Below, one piece after another: positions 1-10,638 of a stretch of DNA of 64,000 nt (positions are counted from its first letter, which is position 1; every line of letters starts with the position of its first letter). The translations under genes were made by a program, and so were the position numbers. This DNA is from an uncultured Bacteroidales bacterium (GTDB taxonomy: Bacteria; Bacteroidota; Bacteroidia; Bacteroidales; WCHB1-69). A model generated the notes under the pieces. That model saw only the letters and a list, made by a program, of their open reading frames with translations. It had not been told where the DNA came from and searched no databases. Where the stretch lies: the NCBI GenBank assembly GCA_937901455.1, contig CALDIA010000054.1, positions 5,224-69,223 on the forward strand, given 5' to 3'.

Positions 1-217
1 ACATAGAAAAAGAGACTGCCGAAGATGACCCAGCGGATCAGATTCTTGACGCTGGTGGAAATGTACAAGCCATGGTAGCAGATAACGCATGTGATGGTCA
101 CCAACGACACTATCAGGCTGAGTATCTGCATAATGCGATACACTTTCTCCTTATGCGTCGCAATATGTATTTTCAGCTTGCTATGAGAATAGTCTTTATG
201 TGATTGGTTAAACCACA
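1..217 (-). CDS. K+ transporter membrane subunit (TrkH/KtrB family), N-terminal ~72 codons; continues past window start
   Basis: Absent from the ORF track because it runs off the window. Manual minus-strand translation from the ATG at 217 (overlaps the trkA stop in TAATG) gives MWFNQSHKDYSHSKLKIHIATHKEKVYRIMQILSLIVSLVTITCVICYHGLYIS..., open to position 1 and hydrophobic. It lies immediately downstream of trkA, the usual trkA-trkH order. Confidence 0.55.
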
Positions 218-916
218 TTACAGGTTGATTTTGATAAAATTATCCAAGTCGCTGTCCTTTCCGAAGAGTACGAACACATCGTCCTTTTTGATTACGGTGG
301 AGGTGTCGGGCACACCGATGATGTGTTGCTGGATATCCTCTTGGTTATCAGCGTTTGTCTCTTTGTAGCTACGACGGATGGTGATAAGACTAAGTTTATG
401 GTTGTCGCGAAAGTCTATGTCGCCCAAAGTAAGACCCTCGAGGCTGTTTGGGGCGATGATTTCGGCCACCTTATAGCCATCGGGCAGTTGGAGATAAGAA
501 ATCATATTGGGATTGGTAAGGCGTTCGGCGAGGAGTGCACCTACCTCGTCTTCAGGAGATAAAAACTCGCTGATGCCCATTTTGGATAGGATGGTGCGTT
601 GGTTGTCGCCCATCACGCGACAAATGATGCGCTTTACACCGAGGTCTAAGAGGTTTGCCGTACAGAGCAGCCGCCCCACAAAATCATTGCCTATGGCCAC
701 AATGGCCACATCAAAGTTCTGTATATTCTCATTGATGAGCGCTCTTTTATTTGTGGCATCGGTACAGACGGCGTACGCCACATCCTCGGCAATGTCTTGC
801 ACCACCTTGATATCATTATCGATGACCAACACTTCGTGGCCTTTTTCTGAAAGGGCTCTACTAATGGCCTGCCCAAAATGTCCAGCCCCTATTACCACAA
901 ATTTATCCTGTGCCAT
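218..916 (-). CDS. trkA: TrkA/KtrA-family K+ uptake regulatory subunit (RCK N and C domains)
   Basis: MAQDKFVVIGAGHFGQAISRALSEKGHEVLVIDND is a Rossmann GxGxxG RCK-N fold. The start is moved to the internal Met at 916 because a minus-strand -7 box (941..948) overlaps the longer ORF start at 943. Confidence 0.85.
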   Translation of the reverse strand: MAQDKFVVIGAGHFGQAISRALSEKGHEVLVIDNDIKVVQDIAEDVAYAVCTDATNKRALINENIQNFDVAIVAIGNDFVGRLLCTANLLDLGVKRIICRVMGDNQRTILSKMGISEFLSPEDEVGALLAERLTNPNMISYLQLPDGYKVAEIIAPNSLEGLTLGDIDFRDNHKLSLITIRRSYKETNADNQEDIQQHIIGVPDTSTVIKKDDVFVLFGKDSDLDNFIKINL

Positions 917-940
917 AATCGTAATTTTATAAACAAATGG

Positions 941-948
941 CAAAAATA
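941..948 (-). promoter_or_regulatory. Bacteroidota -7 promoter box (TATTTTTG on minus strand) for trkA
   Basis: Plus-strand CAAAAATA is the reverse complement of TAnnTTTG. It lies 24 nt upstream of the ATG at 916. Confidence 0.5.
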
Positions 949-1240
949 ATAAAAAGAAGATAGCGTGGACATAGTGTGACTAAATTATTTGGGAGCGGGT
1001 GTTTCCAACGTGCTATCCGGCGTCTTCACAAAGTTGTCGAGCGAGAAGAAGCGGGTCGCTACCATACCGTTATACACTACGCGCAGTTCTGGCCGCACCC
1101 TATGGAGGCAGCCTGTGTTTGGGACAAATCCATCAAAACACAGAAAGCACGTTTTCTTCAACCAAAGGGATTATGATTATCATCACAACACTTCGCCAGA
1201 CTACTATTATTTGAAAAATGAAAAGTAATTATTTTTTTAT

Positions 1241-1248
1241 TACTTTTG
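1241..1248 (+). promoter_or_regulatory. -7 promoter box TACTTTTG for purB
   Basis: Matches TAnnTTTG, 22 nt upstream of the ATG at 1271. Confidence 0.55.
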
Positions 1249-1270
1249 CACTCCACAAATATACTTGGAT

Positions 1271-2566
1271 ATGATCACACGTTATTCGCGGCCCGAAATG
1301 AGTGCCGTCTGGACTGAAGAAAACAAATTCGGTGCCTACCTGAAAGTTGAGATTGAAGCTGCTGCCGCTTGGAGTAAACTGGGCGTGATTCCTGCTGAGG
1401 ATGTGCAGAAACTACGCGAAAAAGCCTCCTTCAGGGTGGAGCGCATTTATGAGATAGAACAGGAAACACGTCACGATATTGTGGCCTTCACCCGAGCCGT
1501 CAGCGAATCGCTGGGCAATGAACGCAAGTGGGTGCACTACGGGTTAACCTCCACGGATGTGGTGGATACTGCCAACGGCTACCTGCTCCTCCAAGCCAAC
1601 AACATTCTGCGGGCTGATTTGAAACGGTTCATGGAAATCTTGAAGAAGAGAGCCTTCGAATTTAAGGATACGCCCTGCATCGGACGCACCCACGGTGTAC
1701 ATGCTGACATCACTTCGTTGGGGCTGAAATGGGCCTTGTGGTACGAGGAAATGAAACGCAATATGGTCCGTTTTGAGGCCGCCGCCGCCGATGTGGAATG
1801 CGGCAAGATCAGCGGCGCCGTGGGCAATTTTGCCAACACCCCTCCTTTTGTGCAAGACTTTGTATGCGAACAACTCGGTATCCATTCCGCCAATATCTCT
1901 ACTCAAGTGCTCCAACGCGACCGCCACGCCCACTATATAGCCACCCTCGCCTTGATAGGCTCCTCCATGGAACAGATGGCCGTGGAAGTCAGACATTGGC
2001 AACGCACCGAACTCCGCGAAGCTGAAGAGGCTTTCGGCAAAGGACAGAAAGGTTCTTCCGCCATGCCCCACAAGCGCAACCCCATCGGCAGCGAGAATAT
2101 GTGCGGCTGCGCACGTATCCTACGTGGCTATATGGTGTCCGCCTATGAAAACATCCCACTCTGGCACGAACGCGACATCTCCCACTCTTCCGCCGAACGC
2201 ATCATGCTCCCCGATGCCACCATCCTGCTCGATTATATGCTCAACCGCTTTGGTAAAATTCTCGAAAACCTTGTGGTATTCCCAGAAAATATGCTCAAAC
2301 ACATCTATATGACCAATAAGGTGATCTTCGCCCAACGCGTGATGACGGCTCTTATCAACAAAGGCCTCGCCCGCGAAAGCGCCTACGACCTCGTGCAGCC
2401 TATAGCCATGAAAGCCTGGTTCGACGGTCTCGACTACCAAGAATTGCTCCTGCAAAATGAAACCATTCAACAATACTTCTCCCCGGAGGAACTGGCGCAA
2501 TGTTTCACGCTGGAGTATTATATGAAGGAAGTACCCACCATCTTTGAAAGGGTGTTTGGCAAGTAG
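1271..2566 (+). CDS. purB: adenylosuccinate lyase
   Basis: [20 protein letters not shown]... and the [11 protein letters not shown] signature loop of the fumarate-lyase superfamily. About 431 aa. The ATG at 1271 is preferred over the TTG at 1265 used by the track. Confidence 0.93.
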   Translation: MITRYSRPEMSAVWTEENKFGAYLKVEIEAAAAWSKLGVIPAEDVQKLREKASFRVERIYEIEQETRHDIVAFTRAVSESLGNERKWVHYGLTSTDVVDTANGYLLLQANNILRADLKRFMEILKKRAFEFKDTPCIGRTHGVHADITSLGLKWALWYEEMKRNMVRFEAAAADVECGKISGAVGNFANTPPFVQDFVCEQLGIHSANISTQVLQRDRHAHYIATLALIGSSMEQMAVEVRHWQRTELREAEEAFGKGQKGSSAMPHKRNPIGSENMCGCARILRGYMVSAYENIPLWHERDISHSSAERIMLPDATILLDYMLNRFGKILENLVVFPENMLKHIYMTNKVIFAQRVMTALINKGLARESAYDLVQPIAMKAWFDGLDYQELLLQNETIQQYFSPEELAQCFTLEYYMKEVPTIFERVFGK

Positions 2567-2662
2567 CTGTTATCTATTAGCCTATAGATTTTTCCCCTTT
2601 TAATAAAAACTGGCGGTATTATTTAAAACCAACGGAATAATAACCCATAGAAACCATACATT

Positions 2663-3322
2663 ATGAAACAATATGTTCACATTTTGGGAAACAACAACTC
2701 TCTGTTTGATGAGTTTATTGCCGAAATCAGAAGCACCGATGTGCAAACCGACAGCATGCGGTTTCGCAGAAATCTGGAACGTATAGGCGAAATTTTCGCC
2801 TATGAAATCAGCAAAACCATGAACTATAAAGCCCAAGAGGTAACCACTCCCCTGGGCATAGCCGAAATACCCCGACTTACCGACAAACTCGTGCTGGCCA
2901 CTATCTTGCGCGCCGGCCTTCCTCTGCACCAAGGAATGCTCAACTATTTCGACCATGCGGAAAACGCCTTTATCTCCGCTTTTCGGAAATATGAAAAGGA
3001 CGGCACCTTTGAAATCCAAATCGACTACCTGTCCTCCCCAGAACTGGACGATAAAACCTTGATTCTGGCCGATCCTATGCTGGCCACCGGTCAGTCTATG
3101 GTGCTTGCCTACGAGGAACTTCTCTCCAAAGGTGACCCCGCTCACACCCATTTGGTCAGCATTATCGCCAGTCGCCAAGGCATTGAATACCTGCAAAGCC
3201 ACTGTTCGCCTACCAATTGCACACTATGGATTGGCTCTGTGGACGAGGAACTAACTGCCCAATCATACATTGTGCCTGGTCTCGGTGATGCCGGCGACCT
3301 GGCCTATGGGAAGAAAAACTGA
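2663..3322 (+). CDS. upp: uracil phosphoribosyltransferase
   Basis: 219 aa. The PRPP-binding stretch LILADPMLATGQS and the C-terminal IVPGLGDAGD are typical of UPRTase. Confidence 0.9.
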   Translation: MKQYVHILGNNNSLFDEFIAEIRSTDVQTDSMRFRRNLERIGEIFAYEISKTMNYKAQEVTTPLGIAEIPRLTDKLVLATILRAGLPLHQGMLNYFDHAENAFISAFRKYEKDGTFEIQIDYLSSPELDDKTLILADPMLATGQSMVLAYEELLSKGDPAHTHLVSIIASRQGIEYLQSHCSPTNCTLWIGSVDEELTAQSYIVPGLGDAGDLAYGKKN

Positions 3323-3440
3323 ACTAATGTGTTTGTTAAAAGGGACAAGAGAGGTTATAAACATCTGTTGGCAAGGTAAAAATTCTGTCAACACTTTTAA
3401 TGCCTTAAATACCCGCCGAATTCAATTTATAAATGCAACT

Positions 3441-3641
3441 TTAGATTATCAAATTTAAATTTACGGGTGCAAAATTAGATAAAAAATATTCACGCGGGGT
3501 GAGGAAGTCTAATTTTTTTCTCGGTCTATTATTTAACTTATTTTGTATCAATTGGAGATTATCGTTTGAGAGATTATCAAAAGAGGTTCCTTTGGGCAAA
3601 TACTGTCTGATGTGTCCGTTCATGTTCTCGTTGGCGCTCAC
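3441..3641 (-). pseudogene. IS30-family transposase, C-terminal relic only (~60 codons)
   Basis: SANENMNGHIRQYLPKGTSFDNLSNDNLQLIQNKLNNRPRKKLDFLTPREYF resembles the conserved IS30 C-terminus (NENTNGLIRQYFPKG...NNRPRK.LG..TP). No DDE core, no N-terminal HTH and no inverted repeats are detectable upstream. Confidence 0.7.
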
Positions 3642-3860
3642 GCCCCCTGAAATTCGAGCAGCAACAGTTGTTCAGCAACTTCCTGCAGAATTTTCTAACC
3701 GTCTCTTTCCAGGTTCTCAAAAAAACTGTGGTAATCCACGGAATATTATGTATTTGCCCAATATTTTAAAAAATATTATGCTGTTTATGTACTGCTTATG
3801 CAGGTTGGTGAAGCTTTGGTAAACGAAATCTTAAGTAAATATCACATTAATGGATAATTA

Positions 3861-5393
<1,533 letters not shown>

Positions 5394-5439
5394 TTACATT
5401 CTTGTAAATAGTTTTATCTCATTATGTATTAGCTATATA

Positions 5440-5516
5440 ATAAAAAGGTGCCAGATTTTATAAATGAATCTGGCATCTTTATCTTCTGCATTACTGCTTT
5501 TGTGAAGCAGTAATGC
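5440..5516 (-). terminator. tandem hairpins downstream of the 5533..6738 gene
   Basis: Hairpin 1 has 12-bp arms, GCATTACTGCTT (5488..5499) and AAGCAGTAATGC (5505..5516). Hairpin 2 has arms GCCAGAT (5450..5456) and ATCTGGC (5468..5474), followed on the minus strand by ACCUUUUUAUU. Confidence 0.6.
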
Positions 5517-5532
5517 TGCATCTGTTTTTATG

Positions 5533-6738
5533 CTATTCATGCGCATATACGGGCAGAGGCTGGTCGATCAGCTCATTCCAAGGCAGACCATACCCGCCAA
5601 TCTCCTTCATGAAAGGATCCGGGTCAAATTGCTCCACATTGAAAACACCCTCGCCTTTCCAAGTGCCCGTCAAGATCATCTTGGCACAAAGCATAGCTGG
5701 CACACCTGTCGTGTAGGAAACAGCCTGTGCACCAATCTCCTTATAACAAGCTGCGTGATCACAATTGTTCCATACGTAATAAGTGCGCTCCTTGCCATCT
5801 TTAATACCTTTGATCTGGCAACCAATGGAGGTTTGGCCATGATAACCTTCTCCCAACGAAGATGGCTCGGGTAAAACAGCCTTCAAAAACTGCAAAGGAA
5901 CAATATCAATACCCTGATAATGAATTGGCTTAATGCTGGTCATTCCCACTTCTTGCAGCACATTGAGCACGGTAAGGTACTTCTGCCCAAAGGTCATCCA
6001 AAAGCGCGCACGCTTAATGGTCGGATAGCTTCTTACCAACGACTCCAACTCCTCATGGTACAACAGATACGATTCCCGCTCGCCAATATTAGGATAGTCA
6101 ACAGGACGATGAATAGACATTGGATCTATCTCTATCCACTGGCCGTTTTCCCAATATTTGCCTCTTTGGGTAATCTCACGGATATTAATCTCAGGGTTGA
6201 AATTGGTGGCAAAAGCCTTGCCATGATCGCCCGCATTGCAGTCCACAATATCCAAATAGTGGATTTCGTCGAAATAATGCTTAGCCGCGTATGCAGTATA
6301 AATGCTTGTCACGCCCGGGTCAAATCCACAACCCAATAGCGCCATGATGCCGGCCTCTTTGAAACGATCTTGATAGGCCCATTGCCAACTATACTCGAAC
6401 TTTGCCTTGTCGCGAGGCTCATAGTTGGCCGTATCCATATAGTTGGTCTTCGTGGCCAAACACGCATCCATCAAAGGCAAATCCTGATAAGGCAATGCCA
6501 CATTGATAAGCAGGTTAGGACGGTATTTTTCTATCAACTGTATGGTCTCCGGCACATTGTCCGCATCCACTTGGTCGGTAATAATTCGCCCGCCACCAAT
6601 CTCGGCTGCAATCTTGTCGCATTTGGCTTTTGTGCGGGATGCCAAAACAATCTCCGTAAACACTTCCGGTACAGAAGCACACTTGTGAGCTACTACAGCG
6701 CCTACGCCCCCAGCTCCAATAATTAATACTTTTGCCAT
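5533..6738 (-). CDS. saccharopine dehydrogenase-family enzyme, probably carboxynorspermidine synthase/dehydrogenase
   Basis: MAKVLIIGAGGVGAVVAHKCA is an NAD(P) Rossmann fold. At 401 aa its length and overall pattern match the Bacteroidales polyamine-pathway CANSDH. Substrate assignment is from memory of the family. Confidence 0.7.
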   Translation of the reverse strand: MAKVLIIGAGGVGAVVAHKCASVPEVFTEIVLASRTKAKCDKIAAEIGGGRIITDQVDADNVPETIQLIEKYRPNLLINVALPYQDLPLMDACLATKTNYMDTANYEPRDKAKFEYSWQWAYQDRFKEAGIMALLGCGFDPGVTSIYTAYAAKHYFDEIHYLDIVDCNAGDHGKAFATNFNPEINIREITQRGKYWENGQWIEIDPMSIHRPVDYPNIGERESYLLYHEELESLVRSYPTIKRARFWMTFGQKYLTVLNVLQEVGMTSIKPIHYQGIDIVPLQFLKAVLPEPSSLGEGYHGQTSIGCQIKGIKDGKERTYYVWNNCDHAACYKEIGAQAVSYTTGVPAMLCAKMILTGTWKGEGVFNVEQFDPDPFMKEIGGYGLPWNELIDQPLPVYAHE

Positions 6739-6792
6739 AATTTTTTATTATTTCAAAAACTGGTAAAAAAGCAATCACATGATTTGCAGGCG

Positions 6793-6800
6793 CAAAAATA
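6793..6800 (-). promoter_or_regulatory. -7 promoter box (TATTTTTG, minus strand) for 5533..6738
   Basis: Plus-strand CAAAAATA, 54 nt upstream of the ATG at 6738. Confidence 0.45.
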
Positions 6801-7087
6801 GTCAAAAAAAATAGAACTACATACAATATCCTTGTCTCTCTTATAATATTTTTTTTAACAGGCTCTTTTGTGTAATAATGGGCGATTTCTGACAATTTAC
6901 AACTCCTTTATGCACATAAACGTTTTATAATTTTACAATTCGCAAATATGGCCTATTTCTGCTTCTTCTTGAATGCGATTTGTCATATTTGAAATAATAT
7001 TTGATAATTCTTGGATTTTTGGAAACATTTTTTATTTTCTATGGATATTTCTACATTTACTTTCTTATCATTTCAACAATCAAAAAA

Positions 7088-7852
7088 ATGAAAAAATTAG
7101 ACTTAGTTTCAATTTTTGTGAAAAATGCCTCTCTCGCTTCATGGCTAAAAGATTCATTGTCAAAATTTTCCGCTTGGCAGAATATTATCATTCTATCAGA
7201 TGAGGAAGAGGCTCTCGAATTGCTAAACCATCAACAAACAACATTGCTGTTTGTCAATCAGGATGAATTCCGAATAGTGAACAACATAAAAAAACCGCAC
7301 TTTATTATCCCGATTTGTGAAAAAAAGAGTCTGAAAATGATGAGTAACCTATTGCAAAAGGGGTGTTTTGACATTCTTTTCCTGGATCATCCGGATGAAA
7401 ATCTGAAAAATATCTTAGGAAAAATCCTTCATATTCAAGCCGTCTTCCAAAACCAAGACAAACACGCAAGTTATGTCAATGAACCTGCTCTCGAGTACAA
7501 TAAATCCCAATTTGCCCAATACATCTTTACGGATGAATCCATCTTCCTGCCACCAACAAAAACTCAACCTTCCATTCGCCTATTACTGAATGATATTCTT
7601 TATATCCAGCTAATCGTGAACAAAATCACCTTTTTTATGGCCAATGGAGACACCTTTGAGCGAAGAAAATCACTCAACTATTTCATTAATAAACTCCCAA
7701 AAAACCGTTTTCAAAAAATCAATCAAAAAACTATTGTCAATGTAAACAAAATTGATCAGATTAAGAGAAACGATATTTGTAGCATCGGCGATATTACATT
7801 TAAGATTACAAGATCATTCAAGGCAAATCTCAAGAACAAACTTCCCCTGTAA
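7088..7852 (+). CDS. LytTR-domain DNA-binding protein with a degenerate receiver-like N-terminus
   Basis: The C-terminus LLLNDILYIQLIVNKITFFMANGDTFERRKSLNYFINKLPKNRFQKINQKTIVNVNKID is a LytTR pattern. The N-terminal ~120 aa is receiver-sized but lacks the DD...D acidic pocket. The ATG at 7088 (MKKLDL) is preferred over the hydrophobic low-complexity extension from 7001. Confidence 0.7.
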   Translation: MKKLDLVSIFVKNASLASWLKDSLSKFSAWQNIIILSDEEEALELLNHQQTTLLFVNQDEFRIVNNIKKPHFIIPICEKKSLKMMSNLLQKGCFDILFLDHPDENLKNILGKILHIQAVFQNQDKHASYVNEPALEYNKSQFAQYIFTDESIFLPPTKTQPSIRLLLNDILYIQLIVNKITFFMANGDTFERRKSLNYFINKLPKNRFQKINQKTIVNVNKIDQIKRNDICSIGDITFKITRSFKANLKNKLPL

Positions 7853-7912
7853 CCATACAGGTCGAAGGAAAATCAACGGATGTTTATAAAAACAAGTGGC
7901 CTGAAAATTTAT

Positions 7913-7920
7913 TATTTTTG
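7913..7920 (+). promoter_or_regulatory. -7 promoter box TATTTTTG for tRNA-Arg
   Basis: 10 nt upstream of the mature tRNA 5' end at 7931. Confidence 0.55.
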
Positions 7921-7930
7921 CGGCCTCTTT

Positions 7931-8002
7931 GGTCTTGTAGTTCAATGGATAGAACAAAGGTTTCCTAAACCTTAGATCTGGGTTCGATTCCCAGCGAGAC
8001 TA
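7931..8002 (+). tRNA. tRNA-Arg (anticodon CCT)
   Basis: Hand-folded cloverleaf. Acceptor GGTCTTG/CGAGACT, D arm GTTC-AATGGATA-GAAC, anticodon arm AAGGT-TTCCTAA-ACCTT, T arm CTGGG-TTCGATT-CCCAG, discriminator A. No encoded CCA. G1·U72 and U6·G67 wobble pairs. Confidence 0.8.
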
Positions 8003-8287
8003 CTTCCCAAATAACTTTCTTGTTACATTGGATGGTCTATACCACGGATAGGTCTCGTGGTTGAAATATGCCATTTTTTGGGGGTATTTCTGAAAAATAT
8101 ATTACAGACACTTATACATAATGCTTTCATATACCACATGATTGTTCGTAAGGGCTTGAAAATCAGGTGTGTTTTAAAAAAATTGCCAAATATTGAGCTT
8201 TTATAAAAAAAATGAGTATGATTATATCTTTAGAAATTTCTTCGTTATTTGCTCGGTGTTTGGATTATACCATTGAGAGTCAAATAA

Positions 8288-10165
8288 TTACATGTTGTTG
8301 TTGCGCAAATGTATCATTAGCGCTGCAATATCTGAAGGACTTACACCACTGATACGGGAGGCCTGACCTAAATTGTGTGGTTTTGCCTTGGATAATTTTT
8401 CACGTGATTCCATGGAGATACTTGACAATGAATAGTAATCAAAATCGGGTGAAATTTTGATATGGTCCAGTTGGGAAAATTTTTGCACAAGTTGTTCCTC
8501 TTTCTGGATATAATTTTCATATTTGATATATGTCTCTACATTGATAATTTGCTCCGCTGTGATTTGATGAGTGGAAATAAATTCAGATAATTGATCATCG
8601 CATTGTATTAAGTCCTGAATGTTGATTTGCGGACGTAGAAGTAATTGCGACAACTTAACATTATGCACTAAAGGAGACAAATTTTTACGTCCAAGCATAG
8701 GATTATACAAGGGTAGTCGAGTGAGTTGAGATTGCAAATAATCCAAAAGCAACTGTTGTTGCTGGTATTTATGTTCAAAGGTCTTATAGCGTGTGTCTGG
8801 GATTAGTCCTATGCGATGGCCCAGTGGAGTAAGACGATAATCGGCATTATCCTGTCGTAACAAGATACGGTACTCGGCTCGGGAAGTAAACATGCGATAA
8901 GGATCTTGAACTCCTTTAGTAATTAAATCATCTATTAAAACGCCAATATAGGCCTGGGATCGTTGCAGGATAAAAGGTGATTTATTCTGTATACTTAGAT
9001 GTGCATTAATGCCTGCCATTAGACCTTGGCAAGCTGCTTCCTCATAACCGGTAGTGCCGTTAACTTGGCCTGCGAGATAGAGATTGGGAATTACCTTTGA
9101 CTCCATGGTATAATGCAACTGCGTAGGATCAAAATAATCGTATTCGATGGCATACCCTGGACGTAAAATTTCAGCTTTTTCTAAACCAGGAATATGATGC
9201 ATGGCTTCAACTTGAACATCTTCGGGTAATGAAGAAGAAAATCCGTTTAGATAATATTCGATAGTGTCACGCCCTTCGGGTTCCAAAAAAAGCTGGTGTT
9301 GTGATTTATCGGAAAATCTAACAATTTTGTCTTCGATAGATGGACAGTAACGGGGTCCAACACCTTGAATGCGTCCATGGAAAAGAGGAGAAAATTGAAA
9401 GCCCATTTTAAGAATATCATGAACTTCAGGATTAGTATAGGTTATCCAGCAGGGAAGTTGGTCTTTAACAGAGGATGTGTTGGAGAAGGAAAATTTTGCA
9501 GGAACATCATCGCCAGGCTGGCAGGTCATTTTAGAAAAGGCGATAGTTCGACCATCAATTCTGACAGGGGTTCCTGTTTTTAATTTGTTGGTGGAGATAC
9601 CTGCGGCTTTTAACTGGTCAGACACTTGGAATGATGCGGGCTCTCCCATCCTTCCACCAGAAAAATTTACCTCACCTACGTGTATGCGGCCGTTCAAAAA
9701 GGTCCCTGAGGTGAGAATAACTTTGCGGGCATAAATATTTCTGTTAAGCTGTGTGACAACTCCAGAAAGACGATCGTTTTCAAAAAGAAGAGAGACAACG
9801 GTGTCCTGACGAAGGTAAAGGTTTGGAGTATGCTCTAACACTTCTCTCCAATGGAGCGAAAATTGGGTTTTGTCACACTGCGCGCGAGGGCTCCACATAG
9901 CCGGACCTTTGGAGCGCCCCAGCATACGAAACTGGACCGTGGATCTGTCTGTCACAATACCTGTCATGCCACCAAGCGCATCAATTTCGCGAACAATTTG
10001 ACCTTTTGCCACTCCTCCTATTGCAGGGTTGCAGGACATCTGTGCCACGAGCGCGAGATTCATGGTGATGAGCAATGTCTTACTTCCCAAGGATGCCGCA
10101 GCCACCGCCGCCTCGCAACCGGCATGTCCGGCTCCCACCACTATCACATCATATTTATAATCCAT
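8288..10165 (-). CDS. mnmG: tRNA uridine 5-carboxymethylaminomethyl modification enzyme MnmG (GidA)
   Basis: MDYKYDVIVVGAGHAGCEAAVAAA is an FAD fold, and TGTPVRIDGRTI and GQVNGTTGYEEAA are present. 625 aa. Confidence 0.95.
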   Translation of the reverse strand: MDYKYDVIVVGAGHAGCEAAVAAASLGSKTLLITMNLALVAQMSCNPAIGGVAKGQIVREIDALGGMTGIVTDRSTVQFRMLGRSKGPAMWSPRAQCDKTQFSLHWREVLEHTPNLYLRQDTVVSLLFENDRLSGVVTQLNRNIYARKVILTSGTFLNGRIHVGEVNFSGGRMGEPASFQVSDQLKAAGISTNKLKTGTPVRIDGRTIAFSKMTCQPGDDVPAKFSFSNTSSVKDQLPCWITYTNPEVHDILKMGFQFSPLFHGRIQGVGPRYCPSIEDKIVRFSDKSQHQLFLEPEGRDTIEYYLNGFSSSLPEDVQVEAMHHIPGLEKAEILRPGYAIEYDYFDPTQLHYTMESKVIPNLYLAGQVNGTTGYEEAACQGLMAGINAHLSIQNKSPFILQRSQAYIGVLIDDLITKGVQDPYRMFTSRAEYRILLRQDNADYRLTPLGHRIGLIPDTRYKTFEHKYQQQQLLLDYLQSQLTRLPLYNPMLGRKNLSPLVHNVKLSQLLLRPQINIQDLIQCDDQLSEFISTHQITAEQIINVETYIKYENYIQKEEQLVQKFSQLDHIKISPDFDYYSLSSISMESREKLSKAKPHNLGQASRISGVSPSDIAALMIHLRNNNM

Positions 10166-10210
10166 TGTTATACGTAAAACACATTTGTTAATCTGTTTAT
10201 CATAAGGGGT

Positions 10211-10636
10211 TTACGCGTTAAATTTATTGTAAAACAAGGCTATATACTTATCTTCTAAACCACGCATACATTGCTCTTCTATTGGTGTTTTGTCCTTGTA
10301 TCCACAAAGGTGCAAAACCCCATGTACTAAAACGCGTAATAGTTCCGTAGTATATTCCAAGCCCATCGTAGTTGCGTTCTCTTGCACACGATCAACACTG
10401 ATAAAAATTTCGCCTGAAACACAATCCCCTACCCTGTTGTCAAAAGTTATAATATCCGTTAATGTATCGTGACTTAAGAAAGCAATATTCCGCTCTAATA
10501 AATATTCGTCAGTACAAAAAGTATAGGAAATCTCTCCTGGAAATAATTGCTCTTGACGAATTACTTCCTTAAGCCATTGTTTGTGAAAAATGGTCAGTGG
10601 GTAATCTGTCGGTATAAGATAGGTGAAAGATATCAT
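10211..10636 (-). CDS. ybeY: rRNA maturation RNase YbeY
   Basis: 141 aa with the metal-binding motif HGVLHLCGYKD. Confidence 0.9.
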   Translation of the reverse strand: MISFTYLIPTDYPLTIFHKQWLKEVIRQEQLFPGEISYTFCTDEYLLERNIAFLSHDTLTDIITFDNRVGDCVSGEIFISVDRVQENATTMGLEYTTELLRVLVHGVLHLCGYKDKTPIEEQCMRGLEDKYIALFYNKFNA

Positions 10637-10638
10637 TT

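Noticed and set aside
976-1228. Three mutually overlapping plus-strand ORFs (66, 79 and 71 aa)
   Set aside because: They cannot all be coding and none has a recognisable motif or start context. The region is treated as non-coding or a relic (see findings).
944-1270. Purine or ZTP (pfl) riboswitch upstream of purB
   Set aside because: I looked for the conserved cores (a guanine-riboswitch junction of the UAUAAUCGCGUGGAUAUGGCACGCAAGUUUCUACCGGGCACCGUAAAUGUCCGACUA type, and the ZTP GGGUCGUGAC…CCGCCUGGGC pattern) and found no convincing match.
3499-3822. 107-aa plus-strand ORF in the IS scar
   Set aside because: It is a low-complexity hydrophobic sequence that overlaps the IS30 relic on the other strand. 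It has no promoter box or homology cues.
6515-6895. 126-aa minus-strand ORF overlapping the 5' end of the saccharopine-dehydrogenase-family gene in another frame
   Set aside because: It runs through the promoter region (the -7 box at 6793..6800 lies inside it). It has no motifs, and the in-frame dehydrogenase start MAKVLIIGAGG is canonical.
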